From the NCBI GenBank assembly GCA_963796105.1, contig CAWCKJ010000009.1, forward strand, positions 23,068-87,067: a DNA stretch of 64,000 nucleotides, in the 5' to 3' direction. This DNA comes from a candidate division FCPU426 bacterium (GTDB taxonomy: Bacteria > Oederibacteriota > Muellerivitia > Muellerivitales > Muellerivitaceae). Shown piece by piece: positions 1-8,296 of the stretch. A program made the position numbers and the translations under genes. Each line of letters begins with the position of its first letter. The first letter of the stretch is position 1. The notes beneath the pieces were generated by a model. That model had not been told where the DNA came from, did no database searches, and saw only the letters and a program-made list of their open reading frames with translations.

Positions 1-445
1 CCCCCTCGCTCAGGGCCCCCAGCATCCCCTCGGTGACTTTCGGAAGGGGTTCAGGTGAATCCTGGGTGCCATCCACCGCCACAACCTGTATGGATTTCCC
101 GCCCTCCTGGAGCCCTTCCAGGGAAAAGATATGCCTGCGGTTTTTCTTGCGGATCATGTCCTTGCAGTGATTAACGGCGATCCGGGTGATCCAGGTCCTG
201 AACGAAGAAGCCCCCTTATAGGATGAAAGCCCGCGGTAAGCCTTGATGAAGGCCACCTGGGCGGCTTCCTCGGCCTCATGGGGGTCGCCGAGAACAGCCA
301 GGCAGAGCTGGTATAGGTTTGTCCCATGGCGCTCCACTATTTCGGCGTAGAGGTCCCGATTCCCCGCGAGGATTTCCCGGATGAGCTCCTTCTCTTTGAT
401 GGCGGCACCCCTTCGGATTTTATGGGTAATACGGCTCCAAGCCAT
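1..445 (-). CDS. ECF-type RNA polymerase sigma-70 factor (3' end outside the window; not in the ORF track)
   Basis: Manual translation gives IKEKELIREILAGNRDLYAEIVERHGTNLYQLCLAVLGDPHEAEEAAQVAFIKAYRGLSSYKGASSFRTWITRIAVNHCKDMIRK, a typical ECF region 2. Start is ATG at 445 or possibly ATC at 400. Confidence 0.9.
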   Translation of the reverse strand, partial: MAWSRITHKIRRGAAIKEKELIREILAGNRDLYAEIVERHGTNLYQLCLAVLGDPHEAEEAAQVAFIKAYRGLSSYKGASSFRTWITRIAVNHCKDMIRKKNRRHIFSLEGLQEGGKSIQVVAVDGTQDSPEPLPKVTEGMLGALSEG

Positions 446-551
446 TATACCCCTGACATGATCCTGTGGTTTTTCAAGGAATTAGACGAAGTTCAGGAAC
501 AGAGGTGTCGCTTAATTCCTTTGGAACGGCTGATATTGTCGAGTTTTAGAC

Positions 552-1508
552 TTAAACGCCTGGCGGGAAAAACACCAAAAGGGCGGTGCCGACAAAAAGC
601 AATATTCCCAGAACGGTTTGAGTCTTGACCCAAAGATTGTTCCGATGGCTCCAGGAATACCTGGGTTTGGCGATTAGGCCGATGACAGCCCCGCAGGCGA
701 AACCCGCGATATGGGCGCCGTTGTCGGCGTGGATGAAAAAGCCGAAAAGGACCGTATAGAGGGTCCACTTTACCATCAAGTCCCTGACGGACCGGCCCAT
801 GGGGGTACCATCCCTCTGTCCCCAACCAGCGGCCAGGCCGCAGAGGCCCATGATAGCTCCAGAGGCGCCAATGGCCGGGGCGTGAAGGCCCAGGACCTCG
901 CTTCCCACATTGGCCAGGATCCCCGTCAGCATGAAGTAGAACAGGACCCTTCCCTTGCCGAAGATTTCCTCCAGCGTCGGCCCGATCTGCTGGAGCGCCA
1001 TGAGGTTGAAGAGAATGTGTAAAAACCCCGCGTGAAGGAGGATTGCGGTGGACAGGCGCCACCATTGCCCGGCCCAGACATAGGGAGGATAGTGGGCGCC
1101 AAAACGCATGAGGGTTTCGATGTCAAAGGACATCAAGCCCCCGCCGCCCTGGTAAACCATCAGCCTGACATAGGCCGCCACGCAAACCGCCGTGATAACG
1201 CCGGTGACGGAACCGAATTTCGGGAGGGTGAAGCCCATTCGGCGCATTATTTCCCAGAAGCGGAAAGAAAGCCTCTTTCCGCAGGCGGAGCAGGTTTTAT
1301 TGTTCTTGTCCTGAAGGCTCCCACAATGGGGGCAGACCTTATGCTCGTAGGTGATGTGCTCGACCGTGGATTGCCCCTGGGCCTTCGCCCGCCCCATGGA
1401 TTCCCGCCAGGCGATGAGCTTCCAACGCAGGCGCACGGGATTCACCCCAAAAAACGAGGCGACTTTGACCACCCAGTCGATCCAGTCGGTCTTCCCCGGC
1501 TCTTCCAT
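552..1508 (-). CDS. Rhomboid family intramembrane serine protease with N-terminal zinc ribbon
   Basis: WR motif (QWWRL), HAGFLHILFN, catalytic GASGA and HIAG; CPHCG...CSACG pair. ATG at 1508 follows the DinB stop; the ORF track uses GTG at 1526. Confidence 0.92.
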   Translation of the reverse strand: MEEPGKTDWIDWVVKVASFFGVNPVRLRWKLIAWRESMGRAKAQGQSTVEHITYEHKVCPHCGSLQDKNNKTCSACGKRLSFRFWEIMRRMGFTLPKFGSVTGVITAVCVAAYVRLMVYQGGGGLMSFDIETLMRFGAHYPPYVWAGQWWRLSTAILLHAGFLHILFNLMALQQIGPTLEEIFGKGRVLFYFMLTGILANVGSEVLGLHAPAIGASGAIMGLCGLAAGWGQRDGTPMGRSVRDLMVKWTLYTVLFGFFIHADNGAHIAGFACGAVIGLIAKPRYSWSHRNNLWVKTQTVLGILLFVGTALLVFFPPGV

Positions 1509-1510
1509 GC

Positions 1511-2062
1511 TCACCTGGCCTTCCACTCCCTCAGGCGCCTTTCCATTTGGCCGATATGGTGCTCGATGTGCCAGATATTCATGCCCACCATGTTTTCCAC
1601 TGTCCGGACGCCGAATTCAGGATGCTTGACACGCTTAGTCCAGGCTGAGGGCCCGGCTCTTTTAATCAGGTCGGCGTTGGCTTTCCGGAGGATTTGGATC
1701 AGCGCCAATGCTTGCAGGGGGTCGGCCTTGGAGTAAAGGGTCGCGGCGGGCCATTTGGAGTGGTCCCAGGCGCTGACCATGGAGCCATTCTCGGCTACTG
1801 CCTTACGGAAGCGCATGTAAACATTGGCTTCCTGGTCGGCCAGGTGCCAAATCGCCTCGGCGACGCACCAATTTCCTTTTTTGGCCGTGTAGGTCCACAT
1901 GGAACGGGGACATTTCCGGAGGGTTTGCCGCACCCTCTCTCCACCCCTGGCAAAAGCCGCCAGTTTTCCGGAGCGGCTCCAGTGTTGGACCTCTTCCCTC
2001 AATTCAGCGCGCTTCTTGTCCGCTGGCGTCATCGTTATCTGGATATTCTTGGATTTTGGCAT
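1511..2062 (-). CDS. DinB/YfiT superfamily protein (thiol S-transferase-like)
   Basis: WCVAEAIWHLADQE and WHIEHHIGQM supply the His metal ligands; HPEFG motif. Start at MPKSK preferred. Confidence 0.85.
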   Translation of the reverse strand: MPKSKNIQITMTPADKKRAELREEVQHWSRSGKLAAFARGGERVRQTLRKCPRSMWTYTAKKGNWCVAEAIWHLADQEANVYMRFRKAVAENGSMVSAWDHSKWPAATLYSKADPLQALALIQILRKANADLIKRAGPSAWTKRVKHPEFGVRTVENMVGMNIWHIEHHIGQMERRLREWKAR

Positions 2063-2141
2063 TGGAGAAACCTTTCCGCCGAAAAAATCCGGCAATGAGA
2101 TCGGAAAATCATCACAAATTAATAATTCAAAATCGTGTCTA

Positions 2142-3173
2142 TTACTGCCCTACCACCAATAGATGGAAAGTATCAGGCAGTATTCTGGGCCTGGGCTTGG
2201 GATTGTCCGCCGTGGGTGTGGGAGGCGGCAAGGTTTCCGCGGTGGCCAATACGACATGGCCTGTCTTGAGATCCACAGCCATGGTCCTGGCCCCCAGCTC
2301 GGTTTTCGCGTTCTCCACTACCCAATAGCGGTCCGGCGTTTCCGCGTGGACCACGCTCAAGGTCCCGTCCCCGCAGGAATTGTAGACGACTCCCCGGTCC
2401 TGGTCGTAGGCGGTCGCGTCAATGCGTTTTCCGATCGGCAGGGTCTTAATCACTTTCCCGTTGGTGGAATCCATGATCACCATGAGTTCATTATGGCAGC
2501 CAATAAAAAGCCGGTGGTTCACGGGGTCAATGGCCATTCCGGCGGGAGACTTGCCCGGCGCTGTCGGCCAGCGCTGGGCGACCTTCAGACCCTTGGAGTC
2601 GATCACGGCCACTTCATCCTTGTCCTCGATACAATCGAAGACCTGACCTTTCCCATTGGCAGCGGCCGACTCGGGTTTTCCTCCCAAATCCAGCGTTTTG
2701 AATACCTTCAAGCTTCTGGCCCCGATGACCGTGGCGTTGCCCGGCTCCCCGTTGAAGGAAAAAACCTGGCGGGTGGCGGGATCGAACAAGATACCGTCAG
2801 CGCCTTTCTGGGCAGGCACCTTCCGCACGACTTTGAGGGTTTTCAAGTCGAATACCGCCACTAGGCCGTCCTCCCCGCTGGTAATGAAACCCCTGTTGAA
2901 TTGGGGCGCGAGGGCGATGCCGTGGCAGTGGTGGAGGCCCCGAATCTGGCCGATCACTTTCAAGCTGTCGGCGTCCAACACCACCACTTCCGTGTCATGG
3001 CTCAAATATAGTTTCCGAGCCTGGCTGTCGAGCGTCAGGCAATCCCAGCCCATATCCCCCGGAACCGGTACTCTTTTCAGGACTTTGTATCCGGCCAGGT
3101 AATCCGCGGCGGCGGTGCCACAGACCAAAGCCGATAATAGGATGGATAAAAACAGGATTCTGGCGCTTCCCAT
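2142..3173 (-). CDS. Secreted YncE/YVTN-type beta-propeller protein
   Basis: Signal peptide; GWDCLTLD, HGIAL, V(V/I)D repeats, GARTMAVD. Confidence 0.85.
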   Translation of the reverse strand: MGSARILFLSILLSALVCGTAAADYLAGYKVLKRVPVPGDMGWDCLTLDSQARKLYLSHDTEVVVLDADSLKVIGQIRGLHHCHGIALAPQFNRGFITSGEDGLVAVFDLKTLKVVRKVPAQKGADGILFDPATRQVFSFNGEPGNATVIGARSLKVFKTLDLGGKPESAAANGKGQVFDCIEDKDEVAVIDSKGLKVAQRWPTAPGKSPAGMAIDPVNHRLFIGCHNELMVIMDSTNGKVIKTLPIGKRIDATAYDQDRGVVYNSCGDGTLSVVHAETPDRYWVVENAKTELGARTMAVDLKTGHVVLATAETLPPPTPTADNPKPRPRILPDTFHLLVVGQ

Positions 3174-3270
3174 GTTTCCCCCCGAATGTTGATTGCCTCC
3201 GGTCCCTTAGGAACGCCTGAGATGACCGGATTCGAGGGATTACTTTACCACGGTTGGGTTTGCAATGCCT

Positions 3271-3305
3271 GAAAACAAGAAGCCCGGGGAGAAACCTCCC
3301 CGGGC
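3271..3305 (-). terminator. Intrinsic terminator
   Basis: Minus strand GCCCGGGGAG-loop-CTCCCCGGGC followed by TTCTTGTTTTC. Confidence 0.75.
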
Positions 3306-3580
3306 CCTATTCCCCTTTTCCAAGAAAAACCCATCGCTGGATTTTTCCGGATAATCAAGGGACGGCCCTCCGCACCGCAGCGTAGGGCAGGGCTTCGGTT
3401 CACCACTTGGCCGGGGCATTATCCCCGGCCACCCATTGGCCACCGGCCAAGGGCAGTTAAATTCACGAGTACACGGCTTGTACCGATTCACCATAAAGCA
3501 GTTAAGTAAATCGGCACTATACCGAACTTTCATTAAAGAATTTATTGAGGTTCGGCATGTCCCCGGCTAAAAGCCGGGGC
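3271..3580 (-). ncRNA. Candidate structured non-coding RNA or leader of unknown family
   Basis: At least seven consecutive hairpins ending in a terminator in a 420-nt intergenic region; I recognise no known family. Confidence 0.4.
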
Positions 3581-3594
3581 CTGAAATCAGCCGG

Positions 3595-4329
3595 TCAATT
3601 CGACTCGGCCAGCCCCATTTGCGTGAGCTTCGGGAAAAGGATGTTGTTTTCCAGGTGAATGTGCTGGTGCACATCCGCCTCCAGCTCTCGGATGCCCTCG
3701 TATAAACCCTTAAAGGACATGCAGGCCCCTTCCGGCGGGGTCAAGCCGTTGGTCAGGCGATGAATTTCCAAAAATCCCTCACCCGTCACGCCGTGCTCCC
3801 ACATGAGAACCTTCAGGGGTTGGCTCAGGACCGGGCCCTGGGGTACCGGTTGGGCTATATTTCCCGCCTCCCGTTCCTCTTCCAATCGTCTCAAGAAGGC
3901 GAATACCACCTGCTCTTCCTTGGCCATGTGACCGTCCAATTCCCGGCCCATTTCTCCCACCTTGTCCCTCAATTCCAACAGTTCCGGATGCTTCTCGCCG
4001 TGGACTTTCACCACCTTTTCCGCCAAACCCAAAAGCCTGGAGGTCTGGGTCCTGGTATAGACGTGATGTTTTTCCACGATGTAATCGAGGAATTCCACCA
4101 GGGGTCGATTCGTCCAATCCATAAATACCGTATCCGGGTTCGACCTGGCCTGGATTTTTCCCAGTAAATCCAAGGTCTCCTTGACGGGGACTCCCGCCAA
4201 CTCACAGGCTTCTTTTAAACTCCGGCGTCCCCCGCAGCAGTAATCCAGTTTCAATTCTTCCATGAACGGGATCGCTCCCTTTACCTCCACGGCGATTTTC
4301 CCGACCGGCATGATTTCGGTGATTTCCAT
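3595..4329 (-). CDS. ric: Iron-sulfur cluster repair di-iron protein (RIC/ScdA/YtfE)
   Basis: N-terminal LDYCCGG; hemerythrin-like HH...HMAKEE...EH...HIHLENNILFP. Confidence 0.95.
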   Translation of the reverse strand: MEITEIMPVGKIAVEVKGAIPFMEELKLDYCCGGRRSLKEACELAGVPVKETLDLLGKIQARSNPDTVFMDWTNRPLVEFLDYIVEKHHVYTRTQTSRLLGLAEKVVKVHGEKHPELLELRDKVGEMGRELDGHMAKEEQVVFAFLRRLEEEREAGNIAQPVPQGPVLSQPLKVLMWEHGVTGEGFLEIHRLTNGLTPPEGACMSFKGLYEGIRELEADVHQHIHLENNILFPKLTQMGLAESN

Positions 4330-4404
4330 AATTGCCCCCCTGGCGGTTTGATTACAGGTTGATGTTGTTTCAATGGAAATAATAGGAGGCCAGAGAATGA
4401 ATCG

Positions 4405-4422
4405 CCGTGACCCAAGTCACGG
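4405..4422 (-). promoter_or_regulatory. CRP/FNR-family (HcpR/DNR-like) binding site upstream of ric
   Basis: Perfect palindrome CCGTGAC-ccaa-GTCACGG (GTGA-N6-TCAC); a TATTAT -10 box at 4379-4384 puts its centre near -41.5. Confidence 0.65.
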
Positions 4423-4492
4423 GATCATCCTTTAGTTTTGGGAGGTATTTAAGGCTTTTAAGCTAAAAAGGCGGATTTTGGATGAAGTGAAT

Positions 4493-4726
4493 CTAGTCCG
4501 TGCCCTCATTGTATTTCACGTCGGAATGGAGGGCCGAAACTTTGCGTTTGATGAGGTGGTTGAGATCCGTGCAGCAGGTGATGTAACGAAGGATATGGGG
4601 GCCTTCCTGTCCTGAGTGGAAAGAGTCAAAGGAAGGGTGGATATCATCAATGGGACATTTGACAGATTCGATGAATTTTCTTAATCCGTCCGGACTGGCG
4701 CTTTGGAAATGGACCTCAATAAACAT
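4493..4726 (-). CDS. Small hypothetical protein (77 aa)
   Basis: Fills the intergenic space, same orientation as neighbours, G-rich SD upstream of ATG; no recognised motif. Confidence 0.55.
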   Translation of the reverse strand: MFIEVHFQSASPDGLRKFIESVKCPIDDIHPSFDSFHSGQEGPHILRYITCCTDLNHLIKRKVSALHSDVKYNEGTD

Positions 4727-4821
4727 TTTTAACCCCCGCCCATAAGTTCGACCAAGAGAGGATCGTCTGAACCCTGGTCATTTTAACCGGGCCATCCTAG
4801 CGCCCAAAAGGATTTTTCAGA

Positions 4822-5982
4822 TCAAAAAGCCTTTTCTAGGATTTCCCCGAGTTCCTCCAGGGAGAGTTCAACAGGATTGCCTTTCATGCTGGAAGCTTTG
4901 GAGGCCTTATCGCGGATCAAGCCGAAATCCCCCCTTTTCACCCCCAATTCGGAAAGGCGGGGTATTTTCAATTCTTTCCTCAATTTTTCACATAATTCCA
5001 CACCATCCTCCGCCCGAGCCTGGGATTTTCCCGTCAAGATTACCGCCGCTTCCTGGTACCGCTTGAGGGCGGGATGGCTGGGCTGTCTTTGGGCCAGCGC
5101 TTTCAGGTTCATGTCCGTCACTGCCGGAAGCAGGGCCGCGCAGATCCCCCCGTGCGCCGCCCCATACATGCCCCCTAGGGGAGCCGCGAAACCGTGGACC
5201 GCTCCAAGCTTGGCGTTGGCAAGAGCGATGCCGCTGAAATGGCTAGCCAGGACCATATCCTCCCTGGCTTGAAGATCAGAGCCGTCCAGGAAGGCTTTGG
5301 AAAGCGACCGGACCGCCCGGGCCATGCCCTCTTTGCAGAGAACATCAGTAAAGGGGTTGGGCGTCCGGCAGGTGTAGGATTCCAGGAGCTGGCAAAGCGC
5401 GTCCATGCCGGTGGTGGCTGTGACTTCGGGCGGGACCGTGAGGGTCAATCGGGGGTCCAGCACCACGACTCTGGGAACCATGGAGGGATGGCGCAGGCTC
5501 ACCTTGACCTTGTGCTCTGGGGAAGTTAAAACCGCGTTGCGGGTGGCCTCTGTTCCTGTCCCGGCGGTGGTGGGAACGGCCGCGAAAAACAAGGGGGAGT
5601 TCGACAGGGCATGCCCTTTTCCGATGACTTCCAGGTAATCCAGGAGGTCCCCCTGGTTGGCCGCCATGGCGGCAATGGCCTTGCCGGCGTCCAAGACGCT
5701 TCCCCCGCCCACAGCCACGACTCCCAGACAGTTATTGATCCGAGCGAGCTTGGCGCCCTCTCGAACGCAATCAACCGTGGGCTCGCTCCGGACCGACATG
5801 GAAACTGTTTCCACGCCCGAGCTCCGGAGGGAATCCAGCGCTTCCCGGGCCCTGGAAGGACTGGACCCGCAAACCAGCAGGATCTTTGAAGCGAAGGGTT
5901 TTGTCTCGGCACCTAATTTGGAGACGGTTCCGGAGCCAAAAAGGACTTTTCCCGGCATCGTCACTTCAAAGGGATCGGTCAT
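4822..5982 (-). CDS. Iron-containing alcohol dehydrogenase
   Basis: GGGSVLDAGK, VPTTAGTGTE, GMDAL, GAVHGFAA...HG. Confidence 0.93.
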   Translation of the reverse strand: MTDPFEVTMPGKVLFGSGTVSKLGAETKPFASKILLVCGSSPSRAREALDSLRSSGVETVSMSVRSEPTVDCVREGAKLARINNCLGVVAVGGGSVLDAGKAIAAMAANQGDLLDYLEVIGKGHALSNSPLFFAAVPTTAGTGTEATRNAVLTSPEHKVKVSLRHPSMVPRVVVLDPRLTLTVPPEVTATTGMDALCQLLESYTCRTPNPFTDVLCKEGMARAVRSLSKAFLDGSDLQAREDMVLASHFSGIALANAKLGAVHGFAAPLGGMYGAAHGGICAALLPAVTDMNLKALAQRQPSHPALKRYQEAAVILTGKSQARAEDGVELCEKLRKELKIPRLSELGVKRGDFGLIRDKASKASSMKGNPVELSLEELGEILEKAF

Positions 5983-5986
5983 CCCA

Positions 5987-6292
5987 TCACCAGCCAGCCG
6001 AGTCGGGAAACAGGCTTTGATATTTCAACCCCTTCCGGGGCTCAGCCATCATGGTTTCCACCCCGTCGCGGAACTTGAGGTAATGGGGCGTTTCCCGATG
6101 GGCCGCGTGGGCTTCCTTGCTTTTGTAAGCCTCGATCAGGACGAACTTGGTGGCGTCGTCCCCTCCCTGCACCACGTCAAACCGGGCGACGCCCGGTTCC
6201 TTCAGGCTGGCTTTCGCGTTCTCCAGGATGGCCTTCTTGAAATCCTCGACGCACTCCTTCTTCACGCTCACATGGACAATGAGTACCAGCAT
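5987..6292 (-). CDS. Antibiotic biosynthesis monooxygenase / LsrG-like protein
   Basis: KEPGVARFDV, FVLIEAY, HRETPHY; SD AAGGAGGG before ATG 6292. Confidence 0.9.
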   Translation of the reverse strand: MLVLIVHVSVKKECVEDFKKAILENAKASLKEPGVARFDVVQGGDDATKFVLIEAYKSKEAHAAHRETPHYLKFRDGVETMMAEPRKGLKYQSLFPDSAGW

Positions 6293-6318
6293 GGCGCCCT
6301 CCTTTGGTCTTACCAGGA

Positions 6319-7485
6319 TTATAAGCAAGCCCGAAGGATGGATTCCACGTCCTTGAGTTCCAGTCTCTTATAGGCTCCCAGGGGGCCGTTACGGACGGCT
6401 TTCTTGGCCATCTCCAGGATCCGCTTGTCGTCGATGCCGGCGTCCTTGAGGGAGATTGGCGCGCCGACGGATTTAAAAAATTTCTTGGTGCGCTCGATGC
6501 CCTCCAGTCCGATTTCCTTGTCGGTCCTGCCGGCGGTCTCCACTCCCCAGACCCTCACCGCGAATTGCTTGAACTTGCCCGGTCCCGCGTCCAATACATG
6601 CTTCATCCATTGGGGCGAGAGGATAGCCAGGCCCGCGCCATGCGCGATGTCGTAGGCCGCGGAAAGCTCGTGCTCGATCCCGTGGGTGGCCCAGTCCCCC
6701 TGCTTGCCCAGGCCCAGTAAGTTGTTCAAAGCCATGGTTCCGCACCAGAGGATATTGGCCCTGGCGTCGTAATCCTTGGGGTTGCGGATCACTTTGGGGG
6801 CGTTCTCAATGACGGTAGAAAGGACCGCCTCGGCCATTCGGTCCTGCAGGGGGGTCTCCTCGACATGGCTGAAATACTGCTCAAACACATGCACCATGAT
6901 GTCCACCAAGCCGTTGGCGGTCTGGTCCGGGGGAACCGAAAAGGTGGTCTGGGGATCCAGGATGGAAAAGCGCGGCTGGAGGATCAGGGGAGTGACCAGT
7001 CCGAGCTTTTCGCCGGTTACAGGGTTTGAGACGACCGAATTGCCGTTCATTTCCGTGCCGGTGGCGGCCAGGGTGAGAACGCAACCGATGGGAAGGGCTT
7101 GGGTGGCCGGTACCTTGTACTGGTAAAGGTCCCATACATCCCCGTCATAAAGGGCTCCCACCGCCATGCCCTTGGCGGCGTCAATGGCGCTCCCTCCTCC
7201 TACGCCAAGAACCAAGTCCACCTTTTCCTTTTTGCAAATGGCCACTCCCTCGCGGACAGAATCCACGCGCGGATTGGGTTTCACCCCCTTCACCTCAAAA
7301 ACCTTTTTTCCGGCCTTCTGGAGTTCTTTCTGGACGCGGTCATATAAGCCCGATGCGTGCACGCTTTTCCCGCCCGTAACCAAAAGAACCTTGAGGCCGA
7401 ATTTGGCAAGTTCGGTTGGGAGCTTCGAGAGGGAATCCTTTCCGAAAATAAGACGGGTTTGGGTTTGAAACTCAAAATCCAGCAT
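6319..7485 (-). CDS. Iron-containing alcohol dehydrogenase (BdhA/YugJ butanol dehydrogenase type)
   Basis: GVKPNP, GGGSAIDAAK, LTLAATGTEMN, DWATHGIEHELSA, HGAGLA. Confidence 0.93.
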   Translation of the reverse strand: MLDFEFQTQTRLIFGKDSLSKLPTELAKFGLKVLLVTGGKSVHASGLYDRVQKELQKAGKKVFEVKGVKPNPRVDSVREGVAICKKEKVDLVLGVGGGSAIDAAKGMAVGALYDGDVWDLYQYKVPATQALPIGCVLTLAATGTEMNGNSVVSNPVTGEKLGLVTPLILQPRFSILDPQTTFSVPPDQTANGLVDIMVHVFEQYFSHVEETPLQDRMAEAVLSTVIENAPKVIRNPKDYDARANILWCGTMALNNLLGLGKQGDWATHGIEHELSAAYDIAHGAGLAILSPQWMKHVLDAGPGKFKQFAVRVWGVETAGRTDKEIGLEGIERTKKFFKSVGAPISLKDAGIDDKRILEMAKKAVRNGPLGAYKRLELKDVESILRACL

Positions 7486-7721
7486 GGAATGTCTCCTTGG
7501 TTTTTTACCCCGCGAAAATCGGCGGGGTGACTGAAAATGGAATTTCCCCAGGCAATGGATGACCTGAAGTCAATTCCAAGCAGGTTGATGCTACCACCAG
7601 TTTCCAGCTCCCGCAAATTGATAGCCGGTAAAATCGGAAGTTTCTCAAGAAGGCAAGAAAGCGTTTGCAAGAAATGAAAAGAATGAACCGACGAGGGAAA
7701 AACCTGGAATCGGGGCCGTGT

Positions 7722-8198
7722 CTAGGACTCTGGGTTTAATCTCGCGATGGCATAATTCAAGAGACCCGCGAATGTGACCCAGGCCAGGTAGGGGGCGAGA
7801 AGCCAGGCTGATGCAGCGTCCAGGCGCTGGAATTGCATGATAGTCAGCGCGATGAATACCCAAAGGGCCACCAGCTCCCGGAAGGCCAGCCAAAGAGCCT
7901 GCATGCCGAAAAAAACGTAGCTCCAAAAGGCGTTCAGGAAAAGCTGGATGAAGAAGAAGCCTAGCGCGGTGTTGCGGCCTGCCACGTAATCATGGAGGCT
8001 CCAAACCCGGTAGAGGGCGGCGCCCATGAGCAGGTACAGAAGGGTCCAGACCGGCCCGAAGATCCAATTCGGGGGGTTGAAGGAAGGTTTTCTCAGGCCT
8101 TTGTACCATCCTGGGATTTTGTGACGCGTGAAAACGCTTCCGACGCCTCCTGCCGCAAGGCAAAGAACGGCGCATCCGATCATTTTTAAAATTTCCAT
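7722..8198 (-). CDS. tspO: TspO/MBR tryptophan-rich sensory protein
   Basis: WYKGLRKPSFNPPNWIFGPVWTLLY and LLAPYLAWVTFA. Confidence 0.95.
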   Translation of the reverse strand: MEILKMIGCAVLCLAAGGVGSVFTRHKIPGWYKGLRKPSFNPPNWIFGPVWTLLYLLMGAALYRVWSLHDYVAGRNTALGFFFIQLFLNAFWSYVFFGMQALWLAFRELVALWVFIALTIMQFQRLDAASAWLLAPYLAWVTFAGLLNYAIARLNPES

Positions 8199-8296
8199 AG
8201 CCTCATTTTTGCATTTTTTTGTTTCAAGTCAAAGCCCCATCCTTGAAAATAACCTTTCGCACCCGCCAAGCCGCCGTAGTGCGCAAAGGAACCCGA

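Noticed and set aside
3240-3533. 97-aa ORF in the intergenic region
   Set aside because: No SD, runs through a terminator, and its composition is explained by the hairpins.
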